From Oculatellaceae cyanobacterium bins.114 (lineage in GTDB: Bacteria; Cyanobacteriota; Cyanobacteriia; Elainellales; Elainellaceae): a stretch of DNA of 64,000 nucleotides. This document shows, one piece after another, positions 58,515 to 64,000 of this stretch. The stretch lies in NCBI GenBank assembly GCA_033764315.1, contig JANRJA010000077.1, forward strand, positions 91,256-155,255, given 5' to 3'. The translations under genes were made by a program, and so were the position numbers. Numbering within the stretch: position 1 is the stretch's first letter; each line of letters starts with the position of its first letter. The notes under the pieces were generated by a model. That model was not told where the DNA came from, did no database searches, and worked only from the letters and a program-made list of their open reading frames with translations.

Positions 58515-60746
58515 TTAACTGAGTTCTCCGTCACTGCGAATCAGTTGGGCATAATAGCCAGACTGTTGCCACAGATCCTCATGAGTTCCTCGCTGCACCA
58601 CTTTGCCGCGTTCTAGCACGATAATTTCATCACAGTCTCGAATGGTGCTGAGACGGTGTGCCACGATGATGCAGGTGCACCCCCGTTGGCGCAAGCGCAA
58701 GTCAATTTCTCGTTCTGCCTCAGAATCTAATGCGCTCGTGGCTTCGTCCATCAGCACAATCGAGGGATTGTTGACTAATGCTCTGGCAATCTCAAGGCGT
58801 TGTCGTTGTCCTCCACTTAAATTAGTGGCACCTTCAAGCAGCGGAGCATCATATCCCCCTGTTGTCGCCAAAATGACATTCGCGATCGCCGCGTCCTGAC
58901 ACGCTTTTTCGAGGGCACTATTCGGAACAGTCGTATCCCACAACGTCAAGTTTTCTCGAACACTCCCCGCAAATAGCAAGATATCTTGCTCAATCATGGC
59001 GATTGAATTGGTGAGGATCGAGCGTGGAATTTGGGTTCTAGGAATGCCATCAAAATAAATTTCGCCTGACCAGGGATTAAATAATCCTGCAATCACCTTT
59101 GCCAGAGTTGATTTACCAGAACCGCTGCCACCCACAAAAGCAACTCGCTGACCGGGCTTAATTGAGAGATTAAAGTTTTCAATTAAGGGGGCTTCTAAGG
59201 AATTGTAGCCATAGGTAATGTCTTTTAATTCAATGTAACCCTGGAGCCGATGAGTGGGTTGTGAGGCATATTGAGGCTGAGATTCAGATTGTTTAGAGGC
59301 ATAATGCTCCATTTCAGTGAGTTGAGGGTCTACTTCATTGCCCAAAACATCATCCAGCCGTTGTAAATTTCCCTGTAAGTCTTGAATCGTGCTGCCAAAG
59401 CGAACCAACCGATTGACGGGCAGCAAAAAGCTCTGCGTCAACATCTGAAAGGCGACCAACATGCCAATGCTGAGGGTGCCGTTAATCACGCGCCAACCCC
59501 CGATCGCCAACAACGACAACGCTGTTAAAGCTGATAAAAGTGCAGGTAACACACCCAGTGTTTTGCTGACAACGCCTAACTCTTGCTGAGCATTAATGGC
59601 TTTGGTGTAATACCCTGCCCATCGGGCAAAAAAATCAGACTCTAACCCAGAGGCTTTTAGAGTCTCCATGCTTTGCAGCCCAGCGATCGCCACCCCAGAG
59701 ACTTTGCCATATTCTTGAGCGAGTCTCAAGTTAGCATCAACCCGTCGCCGCGACACCCACTGTAGGGTCAAGACATTGACCGCTGCAAAGAAGACCACAA
59801 TGAGAGTGAGCACAGTGTCATATTGAAACATGGCGATCGCATAGAAGATCACCAACACCACACTAATCACCGTCGTCGTTAAGCGACCCGACAACACATC
59901 CGCTACATCATCGTTTAAGCGAACGCGACTACTAATTTCTCCGGCATAGCGTTGCGCATAAAAGTTAATCGGTAAGCGCAACACATGCCAGAGAAATCGA
60001 CTCGACATACTCACAGCGAGCTTAATTTTGAGGCTTCGCAGATACCGCAGTTGCAACAGGGTTAACAGTCCTTGTAAGGCGATCGCCAGCAACACCCCCA
60101 ACAAAATATAAGGGAGCCAACTAAACCTGGCATTCACCAAAACCTGATCAATAAAGACCTGGGTAAAAACAGGCAAGGCAAGATTAGGAACAACCAGCAA
60201 AAATCCGGCAAGAATACAATAGAGTAACGCCCCTGTTGAACCCTGAAGACGACGGCCTAAAGCGGAGACAACGTTAGGTTTATGACCCCCCGGTTTGAAG
60301 TCTGCACCCGGTTCCATGACTAACACAACCCCGGTATAGCCCTCATCAAAATCTTGATAAGACACGGTCATAGGCCCAGCCGCAGGGTTATTGAGATAGA
60401 CGCGATCGCGCCCAAATCCATCCACCACCAGAAAATGATTAAAGTGCCAAAAGATAATGAAAGGAGTCCGTAACTGTTTTAGGCTCTCCAGGTTTTTCTT
60501 AAACCCTTTGGCGACCAGTCCATATTTTCTTGCTGCCTTGAGAATGTTGGCAGCCGTCACGCCATCACGCGAAACCCCACAGGCTTGCCGCAACTCTGCC
60601 AGAGGCACATAATTGCCGTAATACCCCAACATCATGCCTAAAGCCGCCGCTCCACACTCTACGGCTTCCATTTGCAAAATCGTGGGGGTTTTAACGCGAT
60701 TTTGACGCTTTAGTACTTGTTGTAAGGGCTGATTGATCCACATCAT
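58515..60746 (-). CDS. NHLP-type C39 peptidase/ABC transporter
   Basis: TPTILQMEAVECGAAAL (catalytic Cys), FNHFLV (His), GGSGSGKST and LSGGQRQR. Confidence 0.92.
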   Translation of the reverse strand: MMWINQPLQQVLKRQNRVKTPTILQMEAVECGAAALGMMLGYYGNYVPLAELRQACGVSRDGVTAANILKAARKYGLVAKGFKKNLESLKQLRTPFIIFWHFNHFLVVDGFGRDRVYLNNPAAGPMTVSYQDFDEGYTGVVLVMEPGADFKPGGHKPNVVSALGRRLQGSTGALLYCILAGFLLVVPNLALPVFTQVFIDQVLVNARFSWLPYILLGVLLAIALQGLLTLLQLRYLRSLKIKLAVSMSSRFLWHVLRLPINFYAQRYAGEISSRVRLNDDVADVLSGRLTTTVISVVLVIFYAIAMFQYDTVLTLIVVFFAAVNVLTLQWVSRRRVDANLRLAQEYGKVSGVAIAGLQSMETLKASGLESDFFARWAGYYTKAINAQQELGVVSKTLGVLPALLSALTALSLLAIGGWRVINGTLSIGMLVAFQMLTQSFLLPVNRLVRFGSTIQDLQGNLQRLDDVLGNEVDPQLTEMEHYASKQSESQPQYASQPTHRLQGYIELKDITYGYNSLEAPLIENFNLSIKPGQRVAFVGGSGSGKSTLAKVIAGLFNPWSGEIYFDGIPRTQIPRSILTNSIAMIEQDILLFAGSVRENLTLWDTTVPNSALEKACQDAAIANVILATTGGYDAPLLEGATNLSGGQRQRLEIARALVNNPSIVLMDEATSALDSEAEREIDLRLRQRGCTCIIVAHRLSTIRDCDEIIVLERGKVVQRGTHEDLWQQSGYYAQLIRSDGELS

Positions 60747-61345
60747 TGAGCCGCCTCAAGAAACGGAAAGGCAAAGGCGATCGGGGCTTTATGCTCCAAC
60801 GTGACATGAGCCGTCGTCGTCATCCCTGGAGACAGTTGAATTTCTTGCCCAGCCATCGAAGACCAGCGATCATTCATCATGGAGGGATCGTGTTCTAACT
60901 CGATTAACACTTCCACGGAGTCTTGTTGCAAAGACGCTGTATTAACCTGGCGAGCTGCATCCAGCGTTGTCACAGGAGATGCCATCACCGCTTTGACGCG
61001 ACCCAAAATTCCACTCGTTTGCTCGGCTCCCACCACATCAGGAATAATCATAATTTCCATACCGGGTTGAATGCGATCGCCCTCTCCCCGCTCAAAGTAG
61101 GCTACTCCGACTAATTCAGTTGAGGTCGTGGTGGGATGAACCAAAACTCCTCTGCCCGTCACCATGATGGGAATGCGTCCCCAAATGCTCCAAACGACTG
61201 CTAAACCAACTAATGACCCTAAAGCCGCTAAAGACAGCCAACTTCTAGAGTGAACAATTTGCATCAGTTGGTCTAACTGCTCTGGCGACGACAACCGTTC
61301 CAGAGACTCCTGACGAAAAATGCTAGTTTGTGGGTCGTTTTTCAT
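60743..61345 (-). CDS. Short NHLP-system secretion protein (HlyD-like) lacking the central hairpin region
   Basis: IFRQESLERLSSPEQLDQLM, TM and GRIP..VTGRGVL, joined almost directly to GDRIQPGM...PI. Confidence 0.8.
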   Translation of the reverse strand: MKNDPQTSIFRQESLERLSSPEQLDQLMQIVHSRSWLSLAALGSLVGLAVVWSIWGRIPIMVTGRGVLVHPTTTSTELVGVAYFERGEGDRIQPGMEIMIIPDVVGAEQTSGILGRVKAVMASPVTTLDAARQVNTASLQQDSVEVLIELEHDPSMMNDRWSSMAGQEIQLSPGMTTTAHVTLEHKAPIAFAFPFLEAAQ

Positions 61346-61358
61346 GATTTAGACCTAC

Positions 61359-62441
61359 TCACATCACTCCTAAGCGTTTCAGCATCCAATTAAACCGAGC
61401 GGCACCCTGAGCGACTTTATGCAAGGAATCCAGATTGAGTTCATCGTCGTACTCCATATCCTCATCCATCTCATTGCGGGCTTGATATCGCTGCTGAGGA
61501 CACCCCAAAAGCCCGATCGCTGTTTGCAACGTTTCTAACATCTGAATGGCCAACACTCGATAAAAGCGAGATGCAAATCCCATATCTTGTTGCAATTTGA
61601 TCGTTAAGTGCGATCGCGGAATCGCCAATACCAACGATTCTTCAATGGCTCGAACCGTGACTGGAGGTGGACTCATATTCAAAAACGAACTGGTTCCACT
61701 CATTTCCCCTTTTGACAGCCGCACCAGCACCTTTTGAGAACTAGCCACTTTTTCTGGACACTCAAAGCACAGCGTCAGCGGGTTGACTTCCTCTTCAAAC
61801 ACAGACACCGATAACAACCCATCCAGCACGATATACAGCGCATCCACGGGTCTGCCTGCTTGAATCAGGATCTGTTTAGGAGGTAGCTTTTCTAGCCGAC
61901 CCGCCGCAACTAGCCAATCGACATCACTATCGTATAATTCTCCAAAGACAAACAGGGCTTCCTTAATCGGTTGATCGTTAGTTGCCCGAATTTGAGCTGG
62001 CATCGAGAGCATTTGCTGTATTCGTTTAGCCAAAATCAGGGCGATCGCTCGATAAAAATGGGTACTGAAGTCGCTATCTTGCTGCAACTTCAAAGCCAGT
62101 TTTTGCTGGGGAATGGAAAGAACAATCGAGTCCTTAGCCGCTTTCACAACGGCACCCAACGCATGAATATTAAACAGTAATGTCTCACCTACGATCTCGC
62201 CTTCTGAGAGACGAATCATCTCATGATCTAAGCGATCGCCTGAAGAGGCTGTTTCTGAACACTCCGAACCATTTTGAGGAACACCCAGCGTCAAAGCTCC
62301 ATCGAGCAATAAATAAATTGCATTTGGCTCTTCTCTCGGTTGCAATAATACGGTTCCTGAACGGATTTGCTGTTGCTGACCTGCGGCAATGAGCCAATCA
62401 ATGTCAGTATTACTTAATTCCTGTAGCAGAATTCCTGCCAT
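61359..62441 (-). CDS. Tandem cNMP-binding domain protein associated with bacteriocin-type transport
   Basis: Two repeats of L.ELS..D(I/V)DWL..AG...LY(L/I)(L/V)LDG.L...GE...A...S.VL.IP...L..KLQQD..F...FYR. Confidence 0.87.
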   Translation of the reverse strand: MAGILLQELSNTDIDWLIAAGQQQQIRSGTVLLQPREEPNAIYLLLDGALTLGVPQNGSECSETASSGDRLDHEMIRLSEGEIVGETLLFNIHALGAVVKAAKDSIVLSIPQQKLALKLQQDSDFSTHFYRAIALILAKRIQQMLSMPAQIRATNDQPIKEALFVFGELYDSDVDWLVAAGRLEKLPPKQILIQAGRPVDALYIVLDGLLSVSVFEEEVNPLTLCFECPEKVASSQKVLVRLSKGEMSGTSSFLNMSPPPVTVRAIEESLVLAIPRSHLTIKLQQDMGFASRFYRVLAIQMLETLQTAIGLLGCPQQRYQARNEMDEDMEYDDELNLDSLHKVAQGAARFNWMLKRLGVM

Positions 62442-62991
62442 AACATCACTGCTACTCTGTAGAGAAACTTAAGAACTAATAGAGATTCGCGATGCGCAAC
62501 TTAGCAACTTAGAGGTTTAGATCTTCGGTTACTCGTTCAGCATCCTCAAAGTAGTCTGATTTGCATCACAGCAACCAGGGATCTGGAGAAAGTCACACAC
62601 GGCCTTAAAGATTTCAGCTATCAGCACTAAAAGATAGAAAGCAATCAACGATATCTAAAATTCAATAGAGTAAAAATAGAATATTAAAACTCTGAAATCA
62701 ATGATAGTGATTATAAATTAGCGCAAGACTAGCGCAAGATTTTCTATTGAATCATCCGAAAGCGAGTTGATAACTTGCTTGTAGACATTGACAGAGACAA
62801 GAGATAGAGCGATCGCGCCAGCTCTGCCGCGCAATATCCTAGATCATCATAAAAATAGCAAAGCTGAAGTCAAGACCAACAACAGAACCAATCATTCAAA
62901 AAAATCTCTTAGCTCTGGTTTGAATCATGATGACTTCAGCCTTACTCTTTTCCAACTCAACCTAATGATTTTGTGAGTAACCTAACAAAAT

Positions 62992-63171
62992 CTACTGTGC
63001 GTGTGGATTGATCACTTCGCTAGTATCCACTGTAGGGTTGGTGAGGTCGCTAGGGTTCAGATCTCCAGAAGGAGGACGACCAGCTCCGCCTGCAACTCCT
63101 TTGAGTTGCTCATCTGAAAGCTCTTCAGAAGGCTCACCAGCAGATTTTTGTGTTGCTTTATCTTCAGTCAT
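62992..63171 (-). CDS. Double-glycine leader precursor peptide, 59 aa (not in the ORF track)
   Basis: Hand translation: MTEDKATQKSAGEPSEELSDEQLKGVAGG|AGRPPSGDLNPSDLTNPTVDTSEVINPHAQ*. GAGGA RBS 9 nt upstream; directly upstream of and co-oriented with the C39 exporter cluster. Confidence 0.88.
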   Translation of the reverse strand: MTEDKATQKSAGEPSEELSDEQLKGVAGGAGRPPSGDLNPSDLTNPTVDTSEVINPHAQ

Positions 63172-63343
63172 GAGATGTTGTCCTCGCGTTGAACAAAGGG
63201 ATATAGCGTACCGTTAAGATTCAAAGGGAACTTATATCCTATGAATCTACACAAGGTCTTTCAAATCCAGTTGAATCCTGGAAGAATTTCTTTGCGTCTA
63301 TTAAGGAGCATAGTGATCATGCCTGACTGACACCTTAGAGAGG

Positions 63344-63383
63344 AATGAGTTTTTGCTGAGTTTTTAATGAGTTTTTGCTGAGT
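63344..63383. repeat. 18-bp direct repeat with a 22-bp period upstream of the precursor gene
   Basis: AATGAGTTTTTGCTGAGT at 63344-63361 and 63366-63383. Confidence 0.7.
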
Positions 63384-63725
63384 GCAAATTTTAGTGATTG
63401 ATAGTCGCTCTTTTTTATATTAAGAAGTATATCTTGAGCTTAACAAATGTATTTCTTTTGCAAACTATATCTATTCAATAAGATACCCGAAATACGTATT
63501 GTTTTAACTGTAATGCTCATTACTCTAGTAAATTAGCAAGGACTACCCGATGCTTTGCAACGTTTATCCAATACTCGATGGCCTTGATCCCAGTCGAGTA
63601 GAATGTCCTAACTGATACCTGTTTAAATAGCGATCGTTACAGATCACAGATCAGGGTTTAGCATGCTAGACTCCCAGACTCAATTACATGATCTGAATTC
63701 AATTCAAATCGGTATTACAAATTAA

Positions 63726-63801
63726 GATAGTCCTCTAAAAGTAATGATTTTTGAGTAAGGATATGCTCCGCGGAGCATATCCTTACTTGTTTAGGACTAC
63801 C
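63726..63801. repeat. Miniature element containing a perfect 34-bp palindrome
   Basis: AGTAAGGATATGCTCCGCGGAGCATATCCTTACT at 63754-63787; outer ends GATAGTCCT and AGGACTACC are 8/9 complementary. Confidence 0.6.
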
Positions 63802-64000
63802 TCATTTTGTAGTTACCTTCAGTATATACACAGTGCTTTAAAGCACCAATCAATAAAGCTATTCTCAGTGTAGTGTCTGTGCAAGCTCTGAATTTGGTAA
63901 GTGAGTTAGAACCCTATATATCCAGTTCTCTTAGCGTAATCGCATAACCTGCATTGACGTCATCTATCTGATCGACCATGCCCACATGCCTTTATCAGAG

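Larger units (their letters stand above)
1..64000. repeat. HIP1 octamer GCGATCGC dispersed through the window
   Basis: Very many copies in both core and accessory genes (first at 3-10); a cyanobacterial hallmark. Confidence 0.95.

Noticed and set aside
62992-63171. Lanthipeptide, thiazole-containing or microviridin precursor
   Set aside because: The core has no Cys and no TxKYPSD motif, and no LanM, YcaO or MvdD-type gene is in the window.
63008-63217. 69-aa plus-strand ORF in the track
   Set aside because: It is the antisense shadow of the minus-strand precursor, which has an RBS and a GG leader.

Overview
This is chromosomal DNA from a cyanobacterium, probably a filamentous one. The evidence is very dense HIP1 octamers (GCGATCGC) plus rpaB, a flavodiiron pair, ftrC-suf/sufR and TspO. 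The first ~30 kb is mostly core genes: a kinase/Rcp1-like pair, tspO, ftrC-sufBCDS with divergent sufR and its two operators, tRNA-Leu(TAG), flv4/flv2-like genes, tRNA-Arg(CCG), LMW-PTP, ftsI, codA, rpaB-plsX-fabH-fabD-plsC and radA. The rest is accessory signalling and secretion. It includes a GAF-PAS kinase next to a pseudo-HisKA/GGDEF/EAL protein and a TpsB-TpsA-CHAT-DUF928-CHASE2 cluster. It also holds an uncharacterised operon (PqqD/RRE, ATP-grasp ligase, PLP decarboxylase, urea-transporter/M23 fusion) that shares palindromic operators with an adjacent Spy-like gene and two-component system. Last is an NHLP-type peptide export cluster whose 59-aa double-glycine precursor (62992-63171, minus strand) is absent from the ORF track. 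The most interesting items are the PqqD/ATP-grasp/decarboxylase operon, the unannotated Cys-free precursor, the His-to-Tyr pseudo-HisKA phosphodiesterase, and a LexA-boxed three-gene cassette with paired 22-bp inverted sites. All family assignments come from recognising motifs by eye; no searches were run.
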